Source of the DNA: an uncultured bacterium
GTDB taxonomy: Bacteria; Cyanobacteriota; Cyanobacteriia; Cyanobacteriales; Xenococcaceae
Direction: 5' to 3'
Assembly: GCA_964548905.1 (NCBI GenBank)
Contig: CAZJTL010000112.1
Location: forward strand, 1-16,556
Length of the DNA: 16,556 nucleotides
Position numbers and translations under genes: made by a program
Notes under the pieces: generated by a model
What the model was told of the DNA's origin: nothing
The model's input: the letters and a program-made list of their open reading frames with translations, nothing else
Database searches by the model: none
In this document: one piece after another, positions 5,781 through 14,719 of the stretch
Position numbering within the stretch: position 1 is the first letter of the stretch
How the letters are laid out: every line of letters starts with the position of its first letter

Positions 5781-6647
5781 TTATTTGTCCATTAGTTGTT
5801 GTATAGTTCGATTTGCTTGAGAACCATAACCACCACCAAACAAATTGAAGTGATTGAGAACGTGATAGAGATTATAAATCGCTTTACGTTGCTGATAGCC
5901 TCGATCTAGCTCCCATACTTGGTTATAACCCCGATAAAAGGCGGCTGGAAAACCTCCAAAAAGTTCGGTCATGGCAAGATCGACTTCACGATCGCCATAA
6001 TAGGTAGCAGGATCTAAAATGACTGGTTCGCCATCAACAGTGCAAGCAGCATTCCCCGACCATAAATCGCCATGTACTAAAGCTGGTTGAGGCTGGCGAG
6101 CGGCTAGTTTTTGTCTAACTGCTTCTACTACTTGGCGATAATCGGGAAAACTACCACCCCTACGTTTAGCTAACTTTAATTGATAGCCGATGCGATATTC
6201 GGCAAAAAAATCCGCCCAATTTGATGTCCAATCGTTAATTTGCGGAGTCGAACCAATAGTATTGTTACGTTCCCAACCAAACTGCGAAGCACCACCAAAC
6301 TTGTGCATAGCAGCCAACTGACGACCCATTGCTTCTGAAGCCTGACTGCTAGTACTACCAAATTCTAACCATTCCATCGCTATATAACTGGAATTATCTG
6401 CTATTCCCCAGCAAATTGGTTTGGGAACACGAATACTATTAGTAGCAAGCATTTGTTGCAAGCCTAGCGCTTCGGCTGCAAACATTTCTACTTGAGTGGC
6501 TTGATTGAGTTTAACAAAGTAGGTTTGACCCTCACCAGAAACAGCATAGCCTTGATTGATACAACCACCACCCACAGAACGGCGGTTTTCCATCTGAAAG
6601 CTTTTTCCTGTAACTTGAGAAATTTCTTGAGCAATTTGTGTCCACAT
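5781..6647 (-). CDS. Fructosamine-3-kinase family protein (ketosamine kinase)
   Basis: 288 aa with the family signature LVHGDLWSGN and overall FN3K-like layout (PF03881-type). Start ATG at 6647. Confidence 0.85.
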   Translation of the reverse strand: MWTQIAQEISQVTGKSFQMENRRSVGGGCINQGYAVSGEGQTYFVKLNQATQVEMFAAEALGLQQMLATNSIRVPKPICWGIADNSSYIAMEWLEFGSTSSQASEAMGRQLAAMHKFGGASQFGWERNNTIGSTPQINDWTSNWADFFAEYRIGYQLKLAKRRGGSFPDYRQVVEAVRQKLAARQPQPALVHGDLWSGNAACTVDGEPVILDPATYYGDREVDLAMTELFGGFPAAFYRGYNQVWELDRGYQQRKAIYNLYHVLNHFNLFGGGYGSQANRTIQQLMDK

Positions 6648-6657
6648 GGTTAGTTTT

Positions 6658-6689
6658 CTCCCTTGTCTCCCTTGTCTACCTTGTCCTGT
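6658..6689. repeat. Tandem nonamer TCCCTTGTC x2 + TACCTTGTC + CTGTC in the 5' leader of the minus-strand FN3K gene (mRNA sense GACAAGGGA repeats)
   Basis: Read directly. The array starts 11 nt upstream of the ATG, and in mRNA sense each unit contains the SD-like AAGGGAGA. Confidence 0.85.
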
Positions 6690-6820
6690 CTTAACCCATC
6701 AATTTATGGCTGACAGACTATTAGGCGATCGAGATGTCGAACAATTGGGCCAAAATAAATATCTGATTTGAAGAACTAACTTAAAATCTTAAAATAAGAA
6801 TCGAAGAGATAAGTAAAAAA

Positions 6821-7402
6821 ATGGAAGCGATCGCTATTCCCAGAGGATTTCGAGTCACCCCAGAACAGTTCGAGCAACTGGCATCTGCCGAACAGCTAGC
6901 AAGACTGGAGTTAACTGCAACTGGAGAATTGATAGTGATGAGTCCGACTGGCGGAACAGCAGGTAGAAAAAATAGCCGTTTAACCCAGCAACTGAGAAAC
7001 TGGGCAGATCGAGAGTTAACTGGAGAGGTATTTGATTCTTCTACAGTATTTGTTTTGCCTAATGGAGCAAGAAGAAGTCCCGATGCTAGTTGGATTAAAC
7101 TAGAAAGGTGGAATCGACTGACTCAAGCGCAACAAGATGGATTTCCCCCGATCGCGCCTGATTTTGCGATCGAGCTAGTAAGTCCTAGCGATTTGAAAAA
7201 TCAGCGATCTGAAGATCTACAGGCAAAGATGCGAGAATATTTAGATAATGGCGTTAAACTTGGTTGGTTAATCGAGCCATCAGCGCAAACAGTAGAAATA
7301 TATCGTTTCGGACAGCAAGTAGAGATCTTACATAATCCTCAAACCCTATCAGGAGAAGATATTTTACCTGGATTTACTTTAGATTTAAGCAAGATTTTTT
7401 GA
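6821..7402 (+). CDS. Uma2 family (DUF820) putative endonuclease, paralog 2
   Basis: 193 aa. ...ELIVMSPTGG..., ...PDFAIELVSPSD..., ...GVKLGWLIEP... Same architecture as 990-1547. Confidence 0.8.
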   Translation: MEAIAIPRGFRVTPEQFEQLASAEQLARLELTATGELIVMSPTGGTAGRKNSRLTQQLRNWADRELTGEVFDSSTVFVLPNGARRSPDASWIKLERWNRLTQAQQDGFPPIAPDFAIELVSPSDLKNQRSEDLQAKMREYLDNGVKLGWLIEPSAQTVEIYRFGQQVEILHNPQTLSGEDILPGFTLDLSKIF

Positions 7403-7569
7403 ATTTCGCGATCGCCGATTCTAGCAAACAAAAATCTCTTACGTCTACGCGATGGTAAACAATGTAGCTGCTGCAAGCGACGCTGTTGTCCGAACGTGAT
7501 TCCAGAATGTCCATTCGCTCAGATACTTATATGTTCTGCAACTAGATGACCATCCCAAAAAATGCTGTA

Positions 7570-8457
7570 TTATCCGTCCTCATAAACATTACGTAATGTT
7601 CTCTCTCCCATTGCTAAGTGCTTTGGATTATCAACCATCCCTGTATCTAGCAGCACCACACCAAAAAGTATTGCCCATCCCTTAGCACGCTTTAGTGTAG
7701 CATCAGAAATATTTCCGTAGTCTGCGATCGCTTGTTGGCGTACATTTCGATCCGCAAAAAGCATCCATATAGAAGCAAGATCTGTTGCCAAATCTCCTGA
7801 TGTAATATCTCCCCAATCGATAATGCCTGATATCTCACCGTTCTCAACTAGAATGTTGCCTGGGTGAAGATCCCCATGTAGCCATGTTGCCCGAACATCA
7901 ATAGGCGCACTCAAAGCTTCATTCCAAATATTTTTAATCTCTAAAGAAATTAGGTCTGTTTTCGTTTCCAACCTTTGCATACGCTCCTCTACAGAAGCCG
8001 CCCTCTGACTTAAGGCTATACCTCGTACTGGATTTACAGGCGCATTTAATGGCGCAGATATATGCAGCGATCGCAGGAATAATGCAAAGGGTGTTGCCTG
8101 ATTTTGATTGGGTTGCTGTCGAGTGGCAGTCGTACCAGCTAACCACGGCAGGACGCTCCATTTCCAAGGATACCCTCGTCCTGGCTTACCTAATCTGTAA
8201 GGAATTGGAACGGGTATAGTTAGTCGATCTGCTAGTACAGGAAGCCAGATTTGCTCATTTTCGATTAATCGAGCTGCTGCTTGGCGACGGGGAAGCCTTA
8301 CAGACAATCGATCGCCTAGTCGAAATATGGCATTATCCCAACCAGAATCAATGGGATAAATCGTCAGGTGCTTTAAATCTGGATGTTGTTCTGTCAGCAA
8401 GCTGTAGACAAGAGGCACATCTATTTCAAGATCCGATCTGGGTGTTCCTATCGACAT
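7570..8457 (-). CDS. Phosphotransferase enzyme family protein (aminoglycoside phosphotransferase/APH-like kinase fold)
   Basis: 295 aa with Brenner motif LHGDLHPGNILV and downstream IDWGD. N-terminal nucleotide-binding region ...DSGWDNAIFRLGDRLSVRLPRR. Confidence 0.8.
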   Translation of the reverse strand: MSIGTPRSDLEIDVPLVYSLLTEQHPDLKHLTIYPIDSGWDNAIFRLGDRLSVRLPRRQAAARLIENEQIWLPVLADRLTIPVPIPYRLGKPGRGYPWKWSVLPWLAGTTATRQQPNQNQATPFALFLRSLHISAPLNAPVNPVRGIALSQRAASVEERMQRLETKTDLISLEIKNIWNEALSAPIDVRATWLHGDLHPGNILVENGEISGIIDWGDITSGDLATDLASIWMLFADRNVRQQAIADYGNISDATLKRAKGWAILFGVVLLDTGMVDNPKHLAMGERTLRNVYEDG

Positions 8458-8504
8458 AGATTTTCTTTCAGTTTTTGCAAACGATCGAATGTTACTATAT
8501 CGCT

Positions 8505-9042
8505 CTACCTTCCCACCAATTGAGCCACTTGGGTTCGTGCAGCCGCGATCGATTGAGCTAAACTCGTGCCACCAAACTCGTCATTTTCAACATTAACGAA
8601 GGTGATGTCAGTAATGCCAATAAAGCCAAAGATCGTTCTCAAATAAGGATTTTGATAATTTAGCTTTTCGTTGCGCTCACCAGGTTCAAAACCAGCATCG
8701 CCTCGCGCCGTGATAATAAACATTTTCTTTCCCAGTACGAGCGGCTTGTAAGGATTTGCAGAATCCTCTGGTTCAAAGGCAAAGGTTCGCCCAACTCTGA
8801 CACTTTGGTCGATATAAGCTTTAAACCCACTAGGAACGCTGAAATTGTACATGGGGAATGGGATGGCGACCGACATCTCGATAGGTGATGATATCGTTAG
8901 GATGAGTCTGTTTCCAAGCCTCAACAAATTCTCTTGTGAGCCTGCGAGAGTGAGAGCGATCGCCTCTGGAACTGGAATCGATGTGTAATAAGTGTGTCAT
9001 AGTTACTTCTGGATAATTACCATTCCAGTTTAGGTAAACCAT
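8505..9042 (-). pseudogene. azoR: FMN-dependent NADH-azoreductase/quinone reductase (AzoR family), disrupted by an internal ~125-nt deletion and frameshift
   Basis: The N-terminal part (MTHLLHIDSSSRGDRSHSRRLTREFVEAWKQTHPNDIITYRDVGRHPIP) is in one frame (ORF 8830-9042). The C-terminal part (IPFPMYNFSVPSGFKAYIDQSVRVGRTFAFEPE...GKKMFIITARGD...YLRTIFGFIGITDITFV) is in another frame (ORF 8505-8927). The two overlap at 8851-8876. About 40 residues that lie between PIP and MYNF in canonical AzoR are absent. Confidence 0.6.
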
Positions 9043-9144
9043 CCAAGCTCAACTATCTAATTCTGGTGAAACTATCAAAATCTTGGGATCTATTTTTAAG
9101 GTAAATGTGAATACAATCAAAATTAGAAGAGTTAAGTTGGCATC

Positions 9145-10017
9145 ATGAAGACTCCCTCCACCGATCGGATTGAATGTATGTACTCGTCCATTTTGTCCAG
9201 CCGCAACCAGGGATGGGAAAACATTTTAATAGAGCAGTTCCAAAACCCTGCGGGAGAAGGAAAAACTTATTACAGCGACGAACACGCTATTTGTTTGTCC
9301 CTTGCACCTCGTCCAGTTCGCTTTTTACAAATTAAGGGGGACAAAACTCACACGAGCCTGTATGGTAAAGGAGACATTTCTGTAACCCCTGCTAAGACAG
9401 CGTTTTTTGCTCGTTGGGATGGAGACGATCTATATTTACAGATTCGGATTGCATCTAGTTTCATCCAAAATGTTGCCAGAGAAGCCCTCGATCGAGATCC
9501 CGATCGCTTGGAATTAATCCCCGAATTTAGGATTCGCGATCCTCAGCTTGAAGCGATCGCCCTTATGCTACTCGCCGAACTCAAACAGGATAATTTAGGT
9601 GGTAAGCTTTACATCGATTCTCTGGTAAATATCTTGGCAATACATTTACTCAGAAAATATACGGCTTCTAAACCACACCTCCCGATTTATGAAGGTGGAT
9701 TACCCCAACGTCAGCTTATGCAAGTCTTAGAATACATCCACGAATATTTGGATCGAGACATCAAGCTGGCAGATTTAGCTCAATTGCTAGGCATGAGCCA
9801 ATTTCATTTCAGCTACCTATTTAAGCAAGCGATCGGGACTTCTCCTTACCAATATTTACTTCAACAACGAGTTGAAAGGGCAAAGCAGTTATTGAGACAA
9901 ACAGATCGATCGATTATGGATATTGCTTTAGAGTGCGGTTTCAACAGTCATAGCCATCTGAGCAAACAGTTTCGACAGTTTACAGGTATGACACCGAAAG
10001 CTTACAGAGTAAGCTAA
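9145..10017 (+). CDS. AraC family transcriptional regulator (N-terminal cupin-like sensor plus C-terminal HTH)
   Basis: C-terminal AraC-type HTH ...LADLAQLLGMSQFHFSYLFKQAIGTSPYQYLLQQRVERAKQLLRQTDRSIMDIALECGFNSHSHLSKQFRQFTGMTPKAYR. Divergent from the azoR-APH gene pair. Confidence 0.85.
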   Translation: MKTPSTDRIECMYSSILSSRNQGWENILIEQFQNPAGEGKTYYSDEHAICLSLAPRPVRFLQIKGDKTHTSLYGKGDISVTPAKTAFFARWDGDDLYLQIRIASSFIQNVAREALDRDPDRLELIPEFRIRDPQLEAIALMLLAELKQDNLGGKLYIDSLVNILAIHLLRKYTASKPHLPIYEGGLPQRQLMQVLEYIHEYLDRDIKLADLAQLLGMSQFHFSYLFKQAIGTSPYQYLLQQRVERAKQLLRQTDRSIMDIALECGFNSHSHLSKQFRQFTGMTPKAYRVS

Positions 10018-10080
10018 ATACACATCGAAATATATTTTGGTTGTTTTTTGACTTTAGTTTCTTGTTTAAGCCCCAAACAA

Positions 10081-10122
10081 TGAACTATGAACCATGAACT
10101 ATGAACTATGAACTATGAACCT
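10081..10122. repeat. Tandem heptamer TGAAC(T/C)A x6
   Basis: Read directly. The array overlaps the last codons and the stop codon (plus-strand CTA, 10106-10108) of lipB. Confidence 0.9.
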
Positions 10123-10792
10123 CAACGTTAAATACCTCCGCAAAAGCAACAGCTATATCTTTTTTAACCCGATCGATCCCGATTTCTGGTAAAAACTGTG
10201 CAATGCTTCCTACTGGTTTATCGACGATACCGCAGGGAACTATATCTTGAAAACCACTGAGATCTGGGCAAACATTTAAGGAAAAACCGTGCATAGTAAT
10301 CCAACGGCGTACTTTAATCCCGATCGCGGCAACTTTGTATCCTTCCAACCAAATACCAGTTAAACCTGGAATGCGATATCCCTCTAAACCGTAATTGCTC
10401 AAGACGCGAATAATCACTTCTTCTAATTGCCTGAGATACCAGTGTAAATCCTGCTGGTAGTAGCGCAGGTTGAGAATGGGATAGCCGACAATTTGCCCAG
10501 GACAATGATAGGTAACTTCGCCTCCTCTTTCGACGCGATAAATTTGGCGATCGCTGTTATTGGGGTCGAATTTAAGAAAATCGAGACTGGCTCCTGTTCC
10601 CAAGGTATAAACTGGCGGATGCTCTAATAAAAGCAAAATATCTTCTAAATTTGCCTTAAAAATTCTTTGTTCGACATGCGATCGTTGCCATTCCCAGGCG
10701 ACGGCATAAGGTACTAAACCCAAATATTCAAGCAGACATGCTCTTTTTTGAGCAGTCCCATCATGGTTAAAATCATGGTTTTGTTCGAGCAA
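10106..10792 (-). CDS. lipB: Lipoyl(octanoyl) transferase
   Basis: 228 aa. [24 protein letters not shown] and [22 protein letters not shown] correspond to E. coli LipB [23 protein letters not shown] and [22 protein letters not shown]. The start as listed is TTG; the true start is uncertain. Confidence 0.85.
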   Translation of the reverse strand: MLEQNHDFNHDGTAQKRACLLEYLGLVPYAVAWEWQRSHVEQRIFKANLEDILLLLEHPPVYTLGTGASLDFLKFDPNNSDRQIYRVERGGEVTYHCPGQIVGYPILNLRYYQQDLHWYLRQLEEVIIRVLSNYGLEGYRIPGLTGIWLEGYKVAAIGIKVRRWITMHGFSLNVCPDLSGFQDIVPCGIVDKPVGSIAQFLPEIGIDRVKKDIAVAFAEVFNVEVHSS

Positions 10793-11266
10793 TTTAAAGA
10801 ATCTTGAAGTTATATAAAGGAAAAATAAAAAGAATTCTTAGATAGATGTTTTAGATAATACAAAATGTTAGTCTAAGATTATAAGTTACAACAAATCAAA
10901 TAGTTTCTCAAGGGTAGATTAAATCATAAGTAATTCTCTGCATTCAAGCTGGCTATGGAGGTTGGCAATAGCAGGAAACTAACAAGTATTGAACCGAACG
11001 ACTAATTAAGCAGTTTCTCTACTGCATTTTATCCAATTAGTTATTTATCGATTGAACTAGTTGAAAAGTCGGTTTAACTATTGAAACTTTTTAGATCGAG
11101 GGAGAGTAATTAACAACAAAATTTTGGGAAATCCAAAATTACTTAAATTAACATATCGCTCCAAAACGACAAATGAAGTATCGGCATTATTCAAGTCCAG
11201 CAAGTAGATAAACTACTGCCCCTATTTTCTCAAACGAATACAACTTAATAAGATGGAGTATCTGGT

Positions 11267-11878
11267 ATGAAGCTTTTGATCCAGGGCAACAACATTTCAG
11301 TCACCGATGCTATTCACGACTACGTTCAACAAAAGCTAGAGAAAGCTGTTAGTCACTTCAATAATATTACTACGAAAATAGACGTTCATTTATCTGTAGC
11401 CAGAAATGCTCGCATAGCCGACAAACATAAAGCAGAAGTAACCGTATATGCGAATGGCACAGTCATTCGAGCGCAGGAGGGAAGCGAAAATCTATACGCC
11501 AGCATTGACATGGTATCTGATAAAATCGCCCGACAGTTGCGTAAATACAAGGAAAAACATCTATACAAAAAAACTCATGCCCAAGTAAAAACTGCTGAGG
11601 TTTTGGAAGCAGAACCAATTCAAGAAGATTTAATTGGCGATCGTAGTGTCGAATTACCAGATGAGGTTGTTCGAGTTAAGTATTTTGCTATGCCGCCGAT
11701 GACTGTTGAGCAAGCATTGGAACAATTGCAAATGGTAGATCACGATTTTTATATGTTCCGCAATAGTGCTACCAATGAAATTAACGTGATTTACACTCGC
11801 AATCATGGTGGTTATGGTGTGATTCAACCTCGCCAAAATAATGGTAATGCCAATGGCAATCAAAATGGTTTTCACTAG
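11267..11878 (+). CDS. hpf: Ribosome hibernation promoting factor, long form (light-repressed transcript A, LrtA)
   Basis: 203 aa. The N-terminal domain [27 protein letters not shown]...VDVHLSV... is HPF/YfiA-like. The C-terminal domain is the long-HPF dimerisation domain. GGAG sits 10 nt upstream of the ATG. Asn/Gly-rich tail. Confidence 0.9.
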   Translation: MKLLIQGNNISVTDAIHDYVQQKLEKAVSHFNNITTKIDVHLSVARNARIADKHKAEVTVYANGTVIRAQEGSENLYASIDMVSDKIARQLRKYKEKHLYKKTHAQVKTAEVLEAEPIQEDLIGDRSVELPDEVVRVKYFAMPPMTVEQALEQLQMVDHDFYMFRNSATNEINVIYTRNHGGYGVIQPRQNNGNANGNQNGFH

Positions 11879-11910
11879 AATTGGGGGCTAGGGATTAAAA
11901 AATAAATTTT

Positions 11911-11971
11911 TGTAGGGACGTTCCATGGAACAATTCGGAGGTTCTCTCCGAAGTCCCTACAATTTTTTTTG
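11911..11971. terminator. Bidirectional intrinsic terminator between the convergent hpf and FHA-like genes
   Basis: Outer arms GTAGGGAC (11912-11919) and GTCCCTAC (11953-11960) enclose two inner palindromes (GTTCCATGGAAC; TCGGAG-gttct-CTCCGA). Followed by TTTTTTTT on the plus strand and by an A/T-rich run on the minus strand. Confidence 0.65.
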
Positions 11972-12028
11972 ACAAGTATCTATCGCAATTTCGCTCCAAT
12001 CTTCTTACGCAACTCAACCCAATTTTTT

Positions 12029-14719
12029 TTATTGTCCTAAACCTTGAGAATATAGCAAATTCATTATTTCTTCGATCGCGCGATCGTCTAATACATCTTC
12101 AGATCGATCGCTTGCTTTATTAGTTGCTAAAAGTTCCTCTTGTTTCAGAGAACTAGAACAATAGTTAGATTGAGGCGCATTTCTGTCGCTTGCATTGGGA
12201 GTAGGATAAGCAGTCAGCACGATTTGACCCTTTTCGTTCATCATCATTCCTCGTGCAGGAATAACCTCATCAGAAGAGAAAGTTTTCTTATTCTCATCTA
12301 AACTAATTGGTTCTCCTCCGCCTTTCTGCTCCTGTGCATCTGAGCCTCTCTGCCCCCCTGATACCTTTTCCCCTGATAGATAACTACTATTAAGCGGTTT
12401 AGTTGGATCGGCAGGCATACCGCCACGTCCTGTTATAGTAAAGCTATTAGCGATCGTACCACTTCCATCAGTACCACAAGCTTGAGCTACTGTTTCGTCT
12501 GGTTCGACTAAGTTTTCAGAAGTTTTTGTTCTTTCTTTGGCAGGATCTAGCTGTTCGGTATTGAGGTTAATATTGCCGCTTAACTGGGGGTCGGCAGAAG
12601 TGGAGTTGATATCGTTTTCACCGTTATTTGAGAGAGTTTGAGGATCTACTTCAATAGACTGAATGCGCTCTTTGTTGAAACCATAAACTCTTTGAGCATT
12701 AATATTAATTTGTCCACCTTTTCCTGCTTGGGCAGTAGCGATGATATCGTTATTTTGTTTGGGAAAAGCGACGACAAAACCATCAGGAGCAGTAATGGTA
12801 ATGTTTCCACCGTTAGCGTCACCAGTTCCTTGAGTAGAGATCGAGCTATTATTACGCATCGTTAATTTGTCATCAATGTTGAGGTTGATGTTGCCACCTT
12901 CACCGAATGATGTAGCTGCCCTTATAGTTCCACGATCGAGATTAATAGAATCAGCCTTTACCTCTAGATTGCCAGCAGTTCCCGATTCATCTAAAGAAGA
13001 AACTGAAATTCTCCCCTGATTGGCTATTTTTAACTCTCCAGTTTCAATTTTTACATTTCCTCCTCTTCCTGTAGCTCCCTCTTTAACCTCAGAACCCAAA
13101 AAGCTTTTACTTCTAAAACCTCCTTTAGAACCTCCAAATGCATTAGCATCTTCTATTCCTGATACTTCGATTGAGTCACTAGCTTTCACCGTTAAAGTGC
13201 CAGCATTACCTTCACCAAAAGTAGAAACTGATACTTGACCACCATCTTTAATCCTCAAGCGATCGGTTTCAATAGTCAAATTACCAGCATTACCTTTACC
13301 TTTGGCGAGAATCTCAGACGAATTAGGTCTTCTTGCTAGAGAAACTTCAGCAAATATGCCAGTAGAAAAAAAGTTATCGATTGGTGTTTCAAACACATCT
13401 ATGTCGGAAGCACGAATGGTTAAATCTCCTGCATTTCCCTCTCCAAAAGTAGAAACTTGAACTTTACTACCATCGCTAACACTCAAACGCTTTGTTTCAA
13501 TAGTTAAATTGCCTCCGTTTCCTGTTCCTTGTGGATTGACTTGAGCAAATAATCCACTAGGAGAATCACCTTCTCCACTCAATTCTACTGAGTCAGAAGC
13601 ACGAACAATTAAATCTCCTGCATTTCCCGCACCATTGGTAGAAACCGATACCTGTGCGCCATTACTTATTGATAAGTTTTTGGTGGTAATATCAACTCCA
13701 CCAGCATTACCAGATGCTTCTGAAAAAATATTATTTCTGATAAAGCTATTATTTGCAATCGTTAATGCTTCTGAAGCATTGAGTTTAATATCTCCAGATT
13801 GAGCATCGATCGAGCCTAATTTGCTCAATATTCCCGCATTAAGAGAACTATTATCTATCTCTATGTTCTGTCCAGTAATCACTATATCACCGCCACCACC
13901 AGCAGTAACATCTACAACTGCGGTATTTTCGAGCTTGATATTTCCAAAAGAATCGATCGAACTGTAATCGAATACTAAACCGTTTTCTGTTGAGTTAAAA
14001 ACAACCTTTCCTGAACCTTGGACATTTCCAATCTCAATACGTCCACCTTTTGCTGTTAGGTTTCCATCATCTAACAACACGTCTCCACCTATTAAAGCTA
14101 GAGTTTGTCCTGGGTTAACTTGCAGTCCAACATTTCCACCAGTGACATTAGTTTCGCCATTTGGATTTTGTGCAACAGAACGATTAACAATATTCCTTGG
14201 ATTATCCCGCAAATTCAAACCAATTGGTGCATTAATCCTCAACAAAGGCGATGCTTGTAAATTCGTAGCGCTAAATTCCGTTCCATCATCAAACAATAAA
14301 CTATCTGCCGTACTCCCCAAAAACGAACCACCAATATTCAAACTAGCATTTGGTCCAAAAACAATACCAGCAGGATTAATCAGAAATAAATTAGCAGCAC
14401 CATTAGCCTTTAATAAACCATTAATTTCCGAAATCTTGCCACCCGTCACCCGATTGATGATATTGACAATATCAGGAGAATTAAGAAAATTAGCCGAACC
14501 ACCATTAGGAACAGAAAAATTGCCAAAACTGTGAAAAAGATTTCCTCCCGCTATATCTCCCCCATTAATATCAAAATTACTGCCATCTAGTGTAGTTACA
14601 TTAGTCGCAGTTGTTCCATCGCTAGTAATCGGTGCTTCTTGTGCCACTACTGACGCAGGTAAGGAATACAAAGAAAGAAGCGCAAGTATAATCCTATTTA
14701 GCTCTGCTTTGAATGCCAT
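12029..14719 (-). CDS. Filamentous-hemagglutinin-family N-terminal (TPS) domain secreted beta-helical repeat protein (TpsA-like exoprotein)
   Basis: Signal peptide MAFKAELNRIILALLSLYSLPASVVAQ. The TPS/hemagglutination-activity domain carries the NPxG motif (ANLFLINPAGIVFGPNA). It is followed by about 60-aa G.GNAG.LT...VS.STFGEGNAG beta-helical repeats. The C-terminal block is ...CGTDGSGTIANSFTITGRGGMPADP... then a low-complexity tail. Confidence 0.85.
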   Translation of the reverse strand: MAFKAELNRIILALLSLYSLPASVVAQEAPITSDGTTATNVTTLDGSNFDINGGDIAGGNLFHSFGNFSVPNGGSANFLNSPDIVNIINRVTGGKISEINGLLKANGAANLFLINPAGIVFGPNASLNIGGSFLGSTADSLLFDDGTEFSATNLQASPLLRINAPIGLNLRDNPRNIVNRSVAQNPNGETNVTGGNVGLQVNPGQTLALIGGDVLLDDGNLTAKGGRIEIGNVQGSGKVVFNSTENGLVFDYSSIDSFGNIKLENTAVVDVTAGGGGDIVITGQNIEIDNSSLNAGILSKLGSIDAQSGDIKLNASEALTIANNSFIRNNIFSEASGNAGGVDITTKNLSISNGAQVSVSTNGAGNAGDLIVRASDSVELSGEGDSPSGLFAQVNPQGTGNGGNLTIETKRLSVSDGSKVQVSTFGEGNAGDLTIRASDIDVFETPIDNFFSTGIFAEVSLARRPNSSEILAKGKGNAGNLTIETDRLRIKDGGQVSVSTFGEGNAGTLTVKASDSIEVSGIEDANAFGGSKGGFRSKSFLGSEVKEGATGRGGNVKIETGELKIANQGRISVSSLDESGTAGNLEVKADSINLDRGTIRAATSFGEGGNINLNIDDKLTMRNNSSISTQGTGDANGGNITITAPDGFVVAFPKQNNDIIATAQAGKGGQININAQRVYGFNKERIQSIEVDPQTLSNNGENDINSTSADPQLSGNINLNTEQLDPAKERTKTSENLVEPDETVAQACGTDGSGTIANSFTITGRGGMPADPTKPLNSSYLSGEKVSGGQRGSDAQEQKGGGEPISLDENKKTFSSDEVIPARGMMMNEKGQIVLTAYPTPNASDRNAPQSNYCSSSLKQEELLATNKASDRSEDVLDDRAIEEIMNLLYSQGLGQ

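Noticed and set aside
6176-6361. 61-aa ORF inside the fructosamine-kinase gene
   Set aside because: It is nested within a longer ORF on the same strand and has no recognisable features, so it is most likely a chance open frame.
7934-8167. 77-aa ORF inside the APH-family gene
   Set aside because: It is nested in a different frame within a gene that has strong kinase motifs. It has Cys-rich odd composition and is likely spurious.
10314-10505. 63-aa ORF inside lipB
   Set aside because: It is nested within the conserved LipB frame.
11386-11875. Two antisense ORFs (60 and 73 aa) inside hpf
   Set aside because: They lie opposite a highly conserved CDS and have no support.
12029-12500. CDI-type toxin/immunity module at the C-terminus of the FHA-like protein
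   Set aside because: The C-terminal ~130 aa are low-complexity without a nuclease- or toxin-like fold signature. The downstream gene is convergent hpf, and no small immunity ORF is present.
12638-14534. Three plus-strand ORFs (75, 72 and 130 aa) inside the FHA-like gene
   Set aside because: They are antisense to a long repeat-rich CDS. Repetitive coding DNA routinely yields open antisense frames.
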